A stretch of 64,000 bases of DNA from Candidatus Argoarchaeum ethanivorans (GCA_905067555.1 CAJHIS010000002.1:3900-67899), one strand, 5' to 3'; shown: positions 1 to 11,514, numbered from the stretch's first letter. Made by a program: numbers and translations. Notes: generated from the letters alone by a model not told the origin.

Positions 1-852
1 TACCGTGAATGCACAGGGAGTCTTATTCTCATACATTTGATTGCATGCCAGCACCTCTTCAACACCATGCTCGGCAAACAGCCACGGGTAATCAAAGCTC
101 CACGATACGCCAAATACCGATTCAGGGTCCACCACATAACTATCACTTGGGATACTGCCTTTTCCATCTAACAGGGTAAAATAGAAATTGCCACCACGAA
201 TCTCCTGAACCTCCGGAACATCGAGAGGAACCTGCTTCAGCTTAAAAAGAGGCATCCCGTCAATGACCTCCACCTCTTTCATCGCCTCGATATGCCTTGC
301 AATAATTTTGATGCAGCGCTGGGTCATGCCAAATGAGAGGATATGCGGCAGACCATCAAGAAGTTCTGCCCTCAATGGTTTACCATTCAAATTTTTGATA
401 CTGACCATTCGCACAAGCCCTGCAACAGGCAGGTTCACAAGAGGAAAAAAGTTAACAGATACCTGAAGACCAAGCGCACGATTGACCTCTTCTAACTCCA
501 AATCCCAGGCAGAAACAATCATCCTCTGGGAAACCATCTCGTCTTTTGACTGTTTGAACGGCTCATACAAAACCTCACCGTCCACCTTCAGAAAAGTCCT
601 GAACCCCTGGTTACCTACCATCTGGCAGGCTTTATTAAAGGAGAAAAACTCCATAATCGCATTATCCTTATCCCGTACCCCAATACTGGACACACACTGC
701 CCCCGGTTCACGTAATAAGCCCACAACGGAACACCCCACTTTCCGCCAATTCCCGGGAAAAAACTTGAAAACGGCTTAGCCCAGTTATAATTCTCAATAA
801 CAAATCGCTTCTCACTATCAAGATAATATCTAACGTTCTCTTCACTCACCAT
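1..852 (-). CDS. N-terminal part of a hypothetical protein running off the window edge; possibly cellobiose-phosphorylase/GH94-like
   Basis: Not in ORF track. Manual translation from ATG at 852: MVSEENVRYYLDSEKRFVIENYNWAKPFSSFFPGIGGKWGVPLWAYYVNRGQ..., open to position 1. Family call is from recalled resemblance only. Confidence 0.6.
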   Translation of the reverse strand, partial: MVSEENVRYYLDSEKRFVIENYNWAKPFSSFFPGIGGKWGVPLWAYYVNRGQCVSSIGVRDKDNAIMEFFSFNKACQMVGNQGFRTFLKVDGEVLYEPFKQSKDEMVSQRMIVSAWDLELEEVNRALGLQVSVNFFPLVNLPVAGLVRMVSIKNLNGKPLRAELLDGLPHILSFGMTQRCIKIIARHIEAMKEVEVIDGMPLFKLKQVPLDVPEVQEIRGGNFYFTLLDGKGSIPSDSYVVDPESVFGVSWSFDYPWLFAEHGVEEVLACNQMYENKTPCAFTV

Positions 853-1078
853 AGACAAAACCAAACTGGTTTAATGCTTCTTATGGTTTATATATGATTT
901 TGGAGGCACCATCTGTCCTTCTGCTGACTCCATTTTTTCAGCCATTTTCCACAGGTTAGCCTCATTGCTGTAACATTTGATCATTTCTGGTTTATGATTG
1001 CTCTTTGTGCAGAGCTTTTTACCCCGGCTTCAGTACATTCTATGCCTTGATTCACCGCATAACTGTTTTTCGTAGCAG

Positions 1079-1915
1079 CTACAGGAATTTATACCACACG
1101 TTCATACTTTCAAGACGCCCTGATATGTTGGTGTTGTTCAGTAGTGTCCCACTGTATTGATACCCCATACTCGAGAATGTAATGTTCATGCCATAGGAGA
1201 TTGCGCGGGCAATGGTATATGAGAGTTTCAGCCCCAGCCGTCGCATCTCCTCTTCCATCACCGAAAGCAAAAATGTGGCAAGTCTGTTTCTGCGATACTC
1301 GGGAAGTGTCGCAAAGTCAGTCATCTCGACGTGACAATCCTCTTTGCATATCTCTGATGATGCCAGCGACACGATTTTTTCATCGCATTCCACTGCAAAG
1401 TAAACTACATTGTCAGCCATGGTTTCACGAAGATAGTTGGGGTCATGAATGGGAAATGGATACGTCTCAAATATATGGCGATACGCTTCAGCCATCTCTT
1501 CGGAATCGTCCGGTCGGCAAATCCGCCATCGCATTGGTTCAGGCAGGGTGGGAGAATCTGCCAATGCGGTTTTTTCCTCTGCCGTTTTCAGAACAGACTG
1601 TATCATTTCCTGATCAGAAGAGTTCTGGCGATTCTTTTGCAGGAATTTTCCAAGAAAAAGACCCGTTTCTTCACCATCGTAAAAAGATGGGATGCGGGCT
1701 TCTACTTTGTAATCATTTTTACGAAACAGCGAACCTGCTGACTCCGGGACTTTCACAAATATCTTTGAGTACCGATGGTACCCAGCAAGATTGTTTAAGC
1801 GGTTTACAATATCCGGATAATCTCTGCACGATAATTTCATCAGGTAAATTCTATCATTGAACGTTCCGTGCTGGATATATGAATTTCCGAGCTTCTCAAC
1901 TTTGTCTGGCATCAC
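1079..1915 (-). CDS. ablB: beta-lysine N6-acetyltransferase (GNAT)
   Basis: [28 protein letters not shown]; overlaps the end of ablA. Confidence 0.93.
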   Translation of the reverse strand: MMPDKVEKLGNSYIQHGTFNDRIYLMKLSCRDYPDIVNRLNNLAGYHRYSKIFVKVPESAGSLFRKNDYKVEARIPSFYDGEETGLFLGKFLQKNRQNSSDQEMIQSVLKTAEEKTALADSPTLPEPMRWRICRPDDSEEMAEAYRHIFETYPFPIHDPNYLRETMADNVVYFAVECDEKIVSLASSEICKEDCHVEMTDFATLPEYRRNRLATFLLSVMEEEMRRLGLKLSYTIARAISYGMNITFSSMGYQYSGTLLNNTNISGRLESMNVWYKFL

Positions 1916-3225
1916 TGGTCATTTCTTCTTTTCATTCTATCTGTATTCATCGGGACAAGAGATATGGTCTTATCATGATCTGCCAGTAACTTCTCGATAC
2001 CAACTGCCTTGTATTCATCAGCCGGGTCCAGTTCCAATTGCAACTGGCATTCATCGCAATTTCTATCGCAAAAAGTTGGTTCATAAGAATCAGGCTCTTT
2101 GTACGAGGTGATGACCCCTTCATAATTTCTCAGGATGACTTTGTTGGTGGACCATGATATCAAATACTGAGGCGTAATGCGGATCTTCCCGCCCCCACCC
2201 GGCGCATCGATCACATACTCTGGTACGGCAAAGCCGCTCGTGTGCCCGATCAGGGACTCGATGATCTCTATACCCTTACCAACAGGGGTGCGGAAATGAG
2301 TCAATCCCTCAGATAGATCGCATTGATATAAGTAATAAGGTCTGATTCTGTTTTGAACCATTTTTTGCACCAGTTTCTTTATCAGTATGGGGCAGTCGTT
2401 CACGCCTGCCAGTAGGACTGATTGGTTACCAAGTGGTATCCCTGCATCTGCCAGCATACTGAGCGCTTCTCTTGAAGAGGCTGTCACCTCTCGTGGGTGG
2501 TTGAACTGGGTATTGATCCATATTGGATGGTGTTTTTTGAGCATATTTACCAGATCATAGGTTATACGATAAGGCAGGACTACAGGCATTCTGGTTCCTA
2601 TCCTGATCACCTCGACATGCGAAATCGTCTGTAGCTCGGTAAGAATCCAATCAAGATAGTCATCTGATAACATCAGCGGGTCTCCGCCCGAAAGCAAGAC
2701 ATCCCTGACCGCGGGTGTGTTTTTGATGTACTCAATCCCTTTTAGTACCTCAGATCTGTTCGGAATAGAATCCACATCGCCAACTCGCCGCTTCCGTGTA
2801 CAATGACGGCAGTACATGCCACAGATATTGCTTATGAGAAAGAGTACCCGATCCGGGTATCTATGGGTGATTCCCGGGACCGGACTGTCTGTATCCTCCG
2901 CGAGCGAGTCTTTTATATCATATTTACTAATAATCAATTCACGAGGGTCAGGAAATGCCTGTATAAATATCGGGTCATTCTTGTAGTCATCGAAATCGAT
3001 CAACGATAGGTAATAAGGAGTGATAGAGAGCGGGAATTTTTCAAGAACTTTTTCATAGACCTGTTTCTCTTCTTCATCGAATTTGATGGAGGTAATATCT
3101 TCAAACGTATCGATATCCTTTATGGCATGGCTCAATTGCCATTTATAGTTCTTCCAGTTAGAATGGCTCGCATCGTCTGCTATTGTTTCAGAAATTTCCT
3201 TCTGTTTTTCAGTATATATTTCCAT
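1912..3225 (-). CDS. ablA: lysine 2,3-aminomutase (radical SAM)
   Basis: [18 protein letters not shown]xxxCxx[12 protein letters not shown]-lysine motif. Confidence 0.96.
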   Translation of the reverse strand: MEIYTEKQKEISETIADDASHSNWKNYKWQLSHAIKDIDTFEDITSIKFDEEEKQVYEKVLEKFPLSITPYYLSLIDFDDYKNDPIFIQAFPDPRELIISKYDIKDSLAEDTDSPVPGITHRYPDRVLFLISNICGMYCRHCTRKRRVGDVDSIPNRSEVLKGIEYIKNTPAVRDVLLSGGDPLMLSDDYLDWILTELQTISHVEVIRIGTRMPVVLPYRITYDLVNMLKKHHPIWINTQFNHPREVTASSREALSMLADAGIPLGNQSVLLAGVNDCPILIKKLVQKMVQNRIRPYYLYQCDLSEGLTHFRTPVGKGIEIIESLIGHTSGFAVPEYVIDAPGGGGKIRITPQYLISWSTNKVILRNYEGVITSYKEPDSYEPTFCDRNCDECQLQLELDPADEYKAVGIEKLLADHDKTISLVPMNTDRMKRRNDQ

Positions 3226-3683
3226 TTGTTCACCTTCTGTTCGAGATTATATGATTTTATCTTAATTTATATATTATTTCAAAATTAATATGAATATCAT
3301 TTTTTTCGTCGTGTTTAAATACTACATCCCCATACGAGCCAAGATCCAACATAATCATTCAAAATCAAAGGTGTTTGTTGATCCGGGCTCTGCACAGTCT
3401 GTCTTAGTACTAAAATTGCCTGGCTTAAACTGGTTTTTTCAGAGTTAAGGGTTTAACATCGAGTTCCCCGGTATCTTTCAGTGCTTAAAATTCTTGATAT
3501 GTATCTTATTGAACGCCATATACAGCTACTGCTAAATGGCTTATCACATATAATTTATTCCCCAGCTATAGACTGCAAACTCCACTGGTTGTTATATTTA
3601 CCTATCTGATCTCTGCCATCCTTTTTTCGTTTGGCTGTTCCTGAAACAACTTTATTAATAAACAGAATACAACATGCTGTAAC

Positions 3684-3965
3684 ATGAAGAAATGCGTGCA
3701 TATATTTGTCCATGGTCTTGTGCAGGGTGTGTGTTTCAGAGCCTACACAGAGAAGCAGGCAATGAATCTCAACCTCACAGGCTGGGTGCGGAATCGAAGG
3801 GATGGGCGTGTTGAAATAATGGCAGAAGGAAGCGAACCAGAGCTTAAAGAGTTTATAGACTGGTGCAGCGTCGGAGCTCCACACTCACGCGTCGATACTG
3901 TAGATATATCATGGGTTCAGTGTGAACAGGATTTTAACACATTTGATGTGACTCAAACCAAATAG
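3684..3965 (+). CDS. acyP: acylphosphatase
   Basis: GLVQGVCFR, GWVRNRRDGRVE. Confidence 0.93.
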   Translation: MKKCVHIFVHGLVQGVCFRAYTEKQAMNLNLTGWVRNRRDGRVEIMAEGSEPELKEFIDWCSVGAPHSRVDTVDISWVQCEQDFNTFDVTQTK

Positions 3966-3984
3966 GAATAATAATAGAGAGCTG

Positions 3985-4023
3985 CTCACGTTGTGTGCGG
4001 TTCTGCACAACGAAGTTGTGCAG
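3985..4023. repeat. REP-like palindrome cluster
   Basis: ctgcacaac-gaa-gttgtgcag at 4003-4023 preceded by ctcacgttgtgtgcgg. Confidence 0.85.
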
Positions 4024-4129
4024 TTTGAAGAATATCCCCTAAGTAGCCGCGCACGAATAACCTGAACATTTAAGGTAATATATCTCGAAACTACTTCCTG
4101 CCAACCCATTTCATCACAAAATTAACAAT

Positions 4130-4217
4130 CTCCGTGTCTCTCCGTGTACTCTGTGGTTTAATCTATAAGATAATTTAAATAATATATCCTGAGAAATAAA
4201 ACCACAGAGGCAGAGAA
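4130..4217. repeat. second repeat family (ctctgtggt / accacagag inverted pair)
   Basis: ctccgtgtactctgtggttta ... aaaccacagaggcagag. Confidence 0.55.
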
Positions 4218-4351
4218 AAGATGGATCAATCACACAATCAGGAGATTGAACTGTGACGACATCACAGGAGATCAACAACTTTATACATTATTACAATACA
4301 ATAGCTTGTGACAGAACATCCAGAATGCTGATACATGAAAGTCAAGTTAAA

Positions 4352-4965
4352 ATGATGAAAACTGCACTATTTATTCCAGTCGCACTGATGCTCGTGTTTT
4401 TCGCACCTCTTTCAGGTGCAGAAGTAATGACATTAAACGTGAGCCCACTGGTAGTTGACACTGGCGATTTGATGATATTTACTTCCCTGAAGGCGAAAAA
4501 AAATTTTCTGTGACTGCTGAAAATATAAAAAATCTTGATGTAACCTTGTATCCAGCACCCTTTTGGAGTACTATCAAAATCAATTGTTCCGGGCAAAACA
4601 TGACAACCACGGTTCTTGGAAAAACAATTACAACGCCACTAGATCAATCAATAGATGAAACTGGCTCTGTAAGTTTTTCCATGTCATTTCCAATAGAGAT
4701 ATTTGGAATGAGTCTTGATTTCTTTGGTGAGAAAGATATTACTGTCTCAGGAGATGCGGCAGATGGTGCATTAACTGTAAACTTAAAGCTTGCAGCTTGT
4801 CTTCGCGGGGATATGGACTGTGATGACGAAATCACTTCTACAGATGCCGCAATTACACTGCAACATGCGGTCAGTGGTGAATATGACACCATTGCTGATG
4901 TCAGTGGCAATGGAAGAGTTACATCACTCGACGCACTCATGATCTTGCAGATGGCTGATAGGTGA
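4352..4965 (+). pseudogene. frameshifted secreted protein with C-terminal dockerin-like domain
   Basis: Signal peptide (MMKTALFIPVALMLVFFAPLSGA) in one frame; from ~4468 another frame reads FDDIYFPEGEKKFSVTAEN... to GDMDCDDEITSTDA / ADVSGNGRVTSLDALMILQ dockerin repeats. Confidence 0.65.
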
Positions 4966-5092
4966 TAGACTTAGACGTTCTCGTTATTAGCACTTTAATT
5001 AAGAGGGGGGCAAAATGGGAAATATAAACGCATTCGTTTATCTTGCTCTTTGAAATTTGATATCATGCGCCATTTCTACCAATGGAACTCAA

Positions 5093-6343
5093 TTATTTTT
5101 TTCTCTTTTTATATAATACAATTCCAACTACCAGAGCCGCCGCTATAATAATTACTATTGGAAGCAGTAGCGATGTAGATGATTCTTTTGCCGGACAAAC
5201 TACCAGTTGTGCTGTTCGTGAGAATAATACAACGGTGTCCTTGTTTGTCTCAACTCCCCGCAGTTCCACATCAAGGAGGTATTTTTTTGGAGGTGCATCT
5301 TCTTTGACCTGCACGCGTATCAACGCTTCACCACTTTCTCCCGGTTTAAGTTTTCCTATGAAGTCTGATTTTTCATCAAAATCAAACGGTTGTGTCGAAT
5401 CCTTGAACACGCGAAGGCTTGCTGCATCAACTTCCTCGCTTCCAGTGTTTTTAACGTTGATTAGAAGACTTACGTATGTGCCAGGATATACTTCTGCCGG
5501 GCTTGTTTTTACTGATTCTATCACCAGATAGGGTGAGCCTTTAATTGGAATGTTAAGAGGCAGGAGTTTTGTTCTGTACTGGTTGTCTTCATCGTCATCT
5601 TCTTTGTAAGTGATGGTGATTGTGGCATTATACTCACCTGGTTGAAGTCCTTCCGCTGTGTCGATGTAGAAGTATGCAGTTTTACTTTCACTTTCATTGA
5701 TTGTGCCAAGTGCATCTTCATCAGAGTATGCATAGCTTGCATCAAAACCTTCTGGCAAAGAGAGCGCTATCTTCACGTTCTCTGCATCTTCACTTCCTAT
5801 ATTTGCAATGTCAACTTTGAGTAATGCTTCATCTGTATCCTGCACGAGGCGTTCCGGTGAGGTACGAAGCGCTCCGATTGTAAAATCCGGTTTGCTTGGG
5901 TCTACGTAAAGTGTGAAGTATTTTTCAGTATAACCCCCGCTGCCGTCATTCCAACGCAGGCTTACATTATGTTCGCCTTTAAGAGCATCACCTGCCACCT
6001 TGAGCTTGTAGTGAAGCACATAGTACTCTTCCATTTCATTGCTTGGAACAACTCTGCCAAGACTTTTTTTTGGACTATCTCCTGCCTCGAAGAGAAATGG
6101 ATAGCCTGCATCGAGGTAGAATTCAAGTTCATCGATCGTTCCAATCTTGGTTACAACAACCCTCCAGCGAAGGTCAAGGTATTTACCAGAGTCTGCCGGG
6201 TCAGGATCCTGGTTCATAAGGTACACGTGGACAGTGCTTCCAACTTTCCCAGTAATTGGAGTGCTTTCTGCCGGTAGAGCAAGAATGCTCATGCAGAAAA
6301 CCAGTACAAGGATTGTTAATATTTTGTTTAATACTTTTTTCAT
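5093..6343 (-). CDS. COG1361-type S-layer/CARDB-domain surface protein
   Basis: Signal peptide, NQDPDPA, repeated NxGSE motifs, C-terminal TM plus basic tail; downstream of the RND pair. Confidence 0.8.
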   Translation of the reverse strand: MKKVLNKILTILVLVFCMSILALPAESTPITGKVGSTVHVYLMNQDPDPADSGKYLDLRWRVVVTKIGTIDELEFYLDAGYPFLFEAGDSPKKSLGRVVPSNEMEEYYVLHYKLKVAGDALKGEHNVSLRWNDGSGGYTEKYFTLYVDPSKPDFTIGALRTSPERLVQDTDEALLKVDIANIGSEDAENVKIALSLPEGFDASYAYSDEDALGTINESESKTAYFYIDTAEGLQPGEYNATITITYKEDDDEDNQYRTKLLPLNIPIKGSPYLVIESVKTSPAEVYPGTYVSLLINVKNTGSEEVDAASLRVFKDSTQPFDFDEKSDFIGKLKPGESGEALIRVQVKEDAPPKKYLLDVELRGVETNKDTVVLFSRTAQLVVCPAKESSTSLLLPIVIIIAAALVVGIVLYKKRKK

Positions 6344-6357
6344 AATACATCTCCATT

Positions 6358-7500
6358 TTAATTTTTTGTAAATATTGTAAATATTTTGGATATACTCAGG
6401 GTGTCAGCTATTAATATAAAGGATGGTACAGCTGTTATCGCTGCCACCATACATGCAGCTACACCATAGCTCATCATCGTACCCATAGCTCCCATGAAAG
6501 TTAGCTGTCCCATCGACATTGCCTGGAAACCGATAAGTGCGGCAAGTGTTGTGGTAGACATTGGCATAATCACTCTACTTAGTGTGAGTTCCATTGCATC
6601 TGTGGGAAGTTGATGTGCACGTTCAAAGCGATAGCGAGTTGTTACCTGTATGCCAAAGTCGATGCCGATGCCCATGATCATGGAAATCACCCCTGATGTA
6701 TTTGATGATAAACCCATGCCTGTAAGTCCAACATAACCCATTGCCCACAGCGTTCCAAACAAAATGGTAGTAAGTGGGATGAATCCATATTTGGGGGATC
6801 GAAACAGCACCAGAACGACAATAAGAATTCCTATCAGCGAATAAGTGGAAGTTCGTTTCATATCCGGCTTAATAGCTTTTTCCATCGCCTGTCCTTCCAT
6901 TGATGCCCCGCCAAGACTCATTTTTATCCCGGCAGGGTGTGGCGTGGCTTGTATGATTTTTTCAAGCTCAATCTCGATATTCTTAAGGTTCGCATCAATA
7001 TCTATTAAACGTATCTTAACAAGAGACATTGTGTAATCATCGCTGATATACCCATCCAGCAATCCATTTTTACTGGTGAGTTCCCTGACTTTTCTAAGAG
7101 ATTGCGGAAGCCTTCCATCATTGATACTTTTTATCGTCGTTGAGGCACTTGAAACTTCCATCACATCTTCCGTATGCCTGGCTAACTGTGAGATTTGCTC
7201 AACATACCGTAGTATCTGCGGATCACGAAGATCTCTTATTTCATCTGAGCCACTGTATGCAGGGTCTACCTCAATTACGATATATATAAAGTTTACGCTT
7301 CCAAACTTATCCTCTATATCAAACAGTGTAGCAATAGCCTCGATATCTTCTGGAAGGTAGTCTTTAAGATCAGCTTTTTCAGTTGTAACAGTGCCAATCA
7401 TCACAAATGCGAAGAAAGATAACAGTATGACAAACAGCAGTATAAGATATGGGTGGTGTGCAACAAAGTGAGCATATCTATCAATATAGTCCTGTATCAT
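6358..7500 (-). CDS. MMPL/RND family transporter half
   Basis: N-terminal TM, extracytoplasmic loop, GIGIDFGIQV motif. Confidence 0.88.
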   Translation of the reverse strand: MIQDYIDRYAHFVAHHPYLILLFVILLSFFAFVMIGTVTTEKADLKDYLPEDIEAIATLFDIEDKFGSVNFIYIVIEVDPAYSGSDEIRDLRDPQILRYVEQISQLARHTEDVMEVSSASTTIKSINDGRLPQSLRKVRELTSKNGLLDGYISDDYTMSLVKIRLIDIDANLKNIEIELEKIIQATPHPAGIKMSLGGASMEGQAMEKAIKPDMKRTSTYSLIGILIVVLVLFRSPKYGFIPLTTILFGTLWAMGYVGLTGMGLSSNTSGVISMIMGIGIDFGIQVTTRYRFERAHQLPTDAMELTLSRVIMPMSTTTLAALIGFQAMSMGQLTFMGAMGTMMSYGVAACMVAAITAVPSFILIADTLSISKIFTIFTKN

Positions 7501-8678
7501 CTGGGTCGCCTCACATGTATTTCCCGTTTAGCAGCAAACCTTTTTAACAACTTTTCAGTTCTGTGATGCTCGAAGTCTTCTTCAAGTATCATGAGCACCG
7601 GATTAGCAAAAAGTGCAGCCATGAGCGAATAGAAAATCCCGAGTGCAAGGGTCTGCCCAAGATGCTGCATCATTGGCACAGAGGAAAATGACAGCACACC
7701 AAAACCTACAATAGTGGTTAAACCTGAACCTATAATTGCTGTGCCAATCCCGTGAACAGCAGTTTCAACCGAGTCGCTCTGGTTTCGTCCCTTGTCTCGT
7801 TCCTCCTTGTATCTTGTAACCATAAACACGCCGTATTCCACTCCGAGCCCAAGGATCATTGAACTTAAACATACCGTGGCAATAGAAAGTGGTATGCCAA
7901 GCCAACCAAGTGTGCCCATTGTCCAGATAAGTCCAAGCGAAAGTGGGATAAATATTAGCAGTCCACGTGTGAAGGACTGCTCCATCACAAACAGCAACAA
8001 TAGTATAATGCACGCTGCAATCAACAATGTGGTTAAAGCATCACTTTTCAAAAGATCAAAGATAGAGACACGAAGAACAGGACTTCCGGTGGTGCCAAAC
8101 TTTACCCCGGGGGGCTTTGGAGTGTAATCAATCTTCTCATGTACGATATCAATAAAACTTTGAATCTTTACATCATCAGAACCAATATCTGCTGAGACAT
8201 ACATCAAAGTCATGCGATAATCGCGACTAAAAAACTTTTCAATCGCTGGATTCTTTTCAATCACCAGTGAGACATTATCATCTGATATCTCATCCATGGA
8301 ACGGAAAAAACTTGCAGGAGAAGTGACACTTTGAACCATGCTCTCATCCCTGAGACTCTCGTCCAGAAACAAAAGAGATTCTATTACCTGTGAATCGCGT
8401 ATGTCACGCACCGCTTTTTTGGAATTTACAGACTCGTCAATCTTTACCGCAATTACAACCGTATCCTGTCCGCCGAACTTATCATTTATCCTGTCATTCA
8501 ACTTGAAGATTGGAAGATCTCCTGGCATCTCAGAACGCACATCTGAGTTAATCGTCATATCCTTGAGCCCGCTACCAAGTAAGATCGTTATTAGAATTAT
8601 AATTACCATAAGCTCGCGCGTGTACTTTTTTTGACACCGTGCAATTGCTATTAAGACTTTATCGAAGAGTGTTGGCAT
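7497..8678 (-). CDS. MMPL/RND family transporter half
   Basis: GLGVEYGVFMVTRY, SGLTTIVGFG. Confidence 0.88.
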   Translation of the reverse strand: MPTLFDKVLIAIARCQKKYTRELMVIIILITILLGSGLKDMTINSDVRSEMPGDLPIFKLNDRINDKFGGQDTVVIAVKIDESVNSKKAVRDIRDSQVIESLLFLDESLRDESMVQSVTSPASFFRSMDEISDDNVSLVIEKNPAIEKFFSRDYRMTLMYVSADIGSDDVKIQSFIDIVHEKIDYTPKPPGVKFGTTGSPVLRVSIFDLLKSDALTTLLIAACIILLLLFVMEQSFTRGLLIFIPLSLGLIWTMGTLGWLGIPLSIATVCLSSMILGLGVEYGVFMVTRYKEERDKGRNQSDSVETAVHGIGTAIIGSGLTTIVGFGVLSFSSVPMMQHLGQTLALGIFYSLMAALFANPVLMILEEDFEHHRTEKLLKRFAAKREIHVRRPR

Positions 8679-8783
8679 TTCGTCTATCCATTAGAAAACT
8701 TATTATATCAAAGCGATACATCACATAGTAATTGCACATATTTAAAATTATGTGCTAAAAATTCGCAATAATCAGGTGTAATC

Positions 8784-9251
8784 ATGCTGGATGAAGTTGA
8801 CAGAAAGATCATAATGTTGCTGCAGGAAAACGGGCGAATCACAGATGTTGAACTTTCAAAAAAAATTGGCGTCTCACATGACACAGCAAAAAGACGGCGT
8901 CTAAAACTCGAAGAAGAAGGATACATGAAAATTCAGGCACTGATGAACCCATGCAGGTTCGGATACACCAGTGTCTTCTTACTTGGGATAAAACTCATAC
9001 CAGGTGCGGATGTCAGAAAAACAGCAGAAAAACTTGCAGCACATCGTGATTTCGTTTTCGTAGCCCTCTCACTTGGACCAACACACGCGATAATTGCAGT
9101 CTGCATGGCACAGGATCAGCTCACCTTAACCAGACTCACAGAGAGGCTTCGCACATGGAAGGAGATCGCAGAGATCGATATGAACATCATCTACGAAGTA
9201 CTGAAGGAAACATTCCACACTATACCTGTAAACAACGTAAACTCCATCTAA
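8784..9251 (+). CDS. Lrp/AsnC family transcriptional regulator
   Basis: LDEVDRKIIMLLQENGR HTH; divergent from the RND operon. Confidence 0.9.
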   Translation: MLDEVDRKIIMLLQENGRITDVELSKKIGVSHDTAKRRRLKLEEEGYMKIQALMNPCRFGYTSVFLLGIKLIPGADVRKTAEKLAAHRDFVFVALSLGPTHAIIAVCMAQDQLTLTRLTERLRTWKEIAEIDMNIIYEVLKETFHTIPVNNVNSI

Positions 9252-9438
9252 TGGAGTTGTGTTTCTTCCTTCAACGATGACACCTGTAGACACCTGAATC
9301 AAACGACCGGGGAAACCAGCCACGAGGTTACTATGAGCCCCAGGAGACAGAACCGGTTTCCATAAAGTTGTTATTTCTAAGCACGTTGTGTGCAGAACAC
9401 AATATTTAATAAAGGTATAATATATTCACTTAAGTGGT

Positions 9439-9509
9439 ATTCCGATAGGGTAGCGGATATCCTTGAAGCCTGCGAAGCCTCAGACCCGGGTTCAAGTCCG
9501 GTTGGGACT
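9439..9509 (+). pseudogene. degenerate tRNA-Arg(GCG)
   Basis: Cloverleaf with CT-GCG-AA loop, but A1:C72 mismatch, A:C mismatch in the anticodon stem and a 1-nt deletion in the T-stem. Confidence 0.7.
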
Positions 9510-9636
9510 ACAGGCTTTACATTGGATAAACCTCTTTGCACAGGGGCCCATAGAATAAGCATTCCCATGATACACCCGGCTGCACAACTTAAATGACATA
9601 ATATCAATCATTAAATCAAAAGAGATGACCTAAACA

Positions 9637-10470
9637 ATGATCATATCAATAGCAAGTGGAAAGGGCGGCACAGGAAAGACTACAGTGGCTGTAAATCTTG
9701 CACTGTCGCTCTCGAATGTACAGTTACTGGATTGTGATGTCGAAGAACCAAATGCACACATCTTCCTTAAACCGGAGATAAAAGATGTAAAGTCGGCAGA
9801 CGTGCTTATGCCAGAGGTTAATAACGATTTGTGTGACTACTGTGGTAAATGTGCGTCTGCATGTGAATACAACGCGATCGTTGTGCTGCCAACACAGGTT
9901 ATGGTGTTTCCTGAACTGTGTCACGGCTGTGGTTTATGCAGAATGGTCTGCCCGCGAGATGCAATCAGCGAGATGCCACGTGAGATCGGTGTTATCAAGA
10001 GGGGGAGAAGTGGCAACAACGTGGAACTCGTGTACGGGCTGCTGAATATTGGTGAGGGGATGGCAACACCATTGATAGACCAGGTTAAAGAGCATGCCGA
10101 TCCGGGAAAGACTGTAATTATTGATGCGCCCCCCGGAACAGCGTGCCCGGTGATTGCAGCAGTTTCGGGCAGCGATTACTGTATTCTTGTAACAGAGCCA
10201 ACGCCGTTTGGGTTGTACGACCTGAAACTGATAGTAGAAGTGCTTAAAGTGCTGAAAATTCCTTCTGGCGTGATCGTAAATAAGGCGGGGATCGGGGACA
10301 AGAATGTCTACAACTACTGCGAAGAAGAGGGGATTCCGATCTTGCTTGAGATTCCTTATGATAAGAAGATCGCAGAGTATTATTCGGAAGGCCTGCCGTT
10401 TGTGAATGCAATTCCAGAGTGGAAGACCCGATTTTCCGGAATGATTGATGAAATTGGGAGGGAATTATGA
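9637..10470 (+). CDS. MinD-superfamily P-loop ATPase with inserted ferredoxin domain (COG1149)
   Basis: SGKGGTGKTT, DCDVEEPN, two CxxCxxCxxxC motifs. Confidence 0.92.
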   Translation: MIISIASGKGGTGKTTVAVNLALSLSNVQLLDCDVEEPNAHIFLKPEIKDVKSADVLMPEVNNDLCDYCGKCASACEYNAIVVLPTQVMVFPELCHGCGLCRMVCPRDAISEMPREIGVIKRGRSGNNVELVYGLLNIGEGMATPLIDQVKEHADPGKTVIIDAPPGTACPVIAAVSGSDYCILVTEPTPFGLYDLKLIVEVLKVLKIPSGVIVNKAGIGDKNVYNYCEEEGIPILLEIPYDKKIAEYYSEGLPFVNAIPEWKTRFSGMIDEIGREL

Positions 10471-11339
10471 AGCAGATAACAATCATAAGTGGAAAAGGCG
10501 GCACAGGGAAAACAACACTTGTCGCATCGTTTGCAGCCCTTGCAAAAAACGTTGTTATTGCTGACTGTGATGTGGACGCACCTGATCTCCATTTGCTGCT
10601 GCATCCGGAAAACATAAGAAAAGAGGAGTTCAGAGGCTTAAAAGTTGCAGCAATGGATAAAACAAAATGTATAGAATGCGGGAACTGCGAAGAAGCATGC
10701 AGATTTAAGGCAATATCTGACACCGAATCTGGTTATGCAGTCAACCCGGCGCGCTGCGAGGGCTGTGGCGTATGTGTCTTCGTGTGCGATCAGGATGCGA
10801 TCACTCTTACAGAACGCGTCTCGGGTCATGCATTCATCTCGAAAACGAAATATGGAACAATGGCACATGCACAGTTAAATGTTGCAGAAGAAACATCCGG
10901 AAAACTGGTAACCGTTGTCAGGAACAACGCACAGCGCGTCGCAGAAGAGGAAGAGTCTGAACTTATCCTGATTGATGGATCACCAGGAATCGGCTGCCCG
11001 GTGATTGCATCCCTGACCGGAGTAGACCTTGCACTTGTTGTTACCGAACCAACGATGTCGGGACTGCATGACCTCAAGCGAATCATGGATGTGACCAGGC
11101 ATTTTGGGATTGCAACTGTTGTCTGCATCAACAAGTGTGACATCAATGAAGAGAACAGCAGGAAGATTACTGAGTTCTGCAAGGAGTATGGGGTTGCGAT
11201 TGTTAGAAATATTCCTTATGATCCAGTGGTCACCGATGCGATGGTTGCAGGCATGCCGGTTGTTGAATTCTCCGATTGCGCAGTATCGGACGCAATAAGA
11301 GGGATTTGGACGAGTATAAAGTCAACCACACCTCCCTGA
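10467..11339 (+). CDS. MinD-superfamily P-loop ATPase with inserted ferredoxin domain (COG1149 paralog)
   Basis: SGKGGTGKTT, DCDVDAPDL, two 4Fe-4S motifs, DGSPGIGCPV. Confidence 0.92.
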   Translation: MKQITIISGKGGTGKTTLVASFAALAKNVVIADCDVDAPDLHLLLHPENIRKEEFRGLKVAAMDKTKCIECGNCEEACRFKAISDTESGYAVNPARCEGCGVCVFVCDQDAITLTERVSGHAFISKTKYGTMAHAQLNVAEETSGKLVTVVRNNAQRVAEEEESELILIDGSPGIGCPVIASLTGVDLALVVTEPTMSGLHDLKRIMDVTRHFGIATVVCINKCDINEENSRKITEFCKEYGVAIVRNIPYDPVVTDAMVAGMPVVEFSDCAVSDAIRGIWTSIKSTTPP

Positions 11340-11377
11340 TCACAACTACTCTCGCTATTAACAATGGCACCTCAGCA

Positions 11378-11432
11378 CTGCACAACTTCGCTTTCGCAGA
11401 GATAACTCTCGAGTGCGAAGCAGTCGAGTGCA
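11378..11432. repeat. REP-like palindrome cluster between convergent genes
   Basis: ctgcacaac-ttc-gctttcgcag followed by ctcgagtgc-gaa-gcagtcgag. Confidence 0.8.
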
Positions 11433-11514
11433 AGAAAATAACGTGTAATGTATTCTCACCATGTATCAAAGTTCAGCAGCAAGAGAACGAGGTGCATTTA
11501 TATTTTCTTATACG

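Noticed and set aside
1201..1860. 219-aa plus-strand ORF and similar long antisense ORFs (17515, 22200, 53370)
   Set aside because: Shadows of well-supported genes on the opposite strand, with no recognisable motifs.
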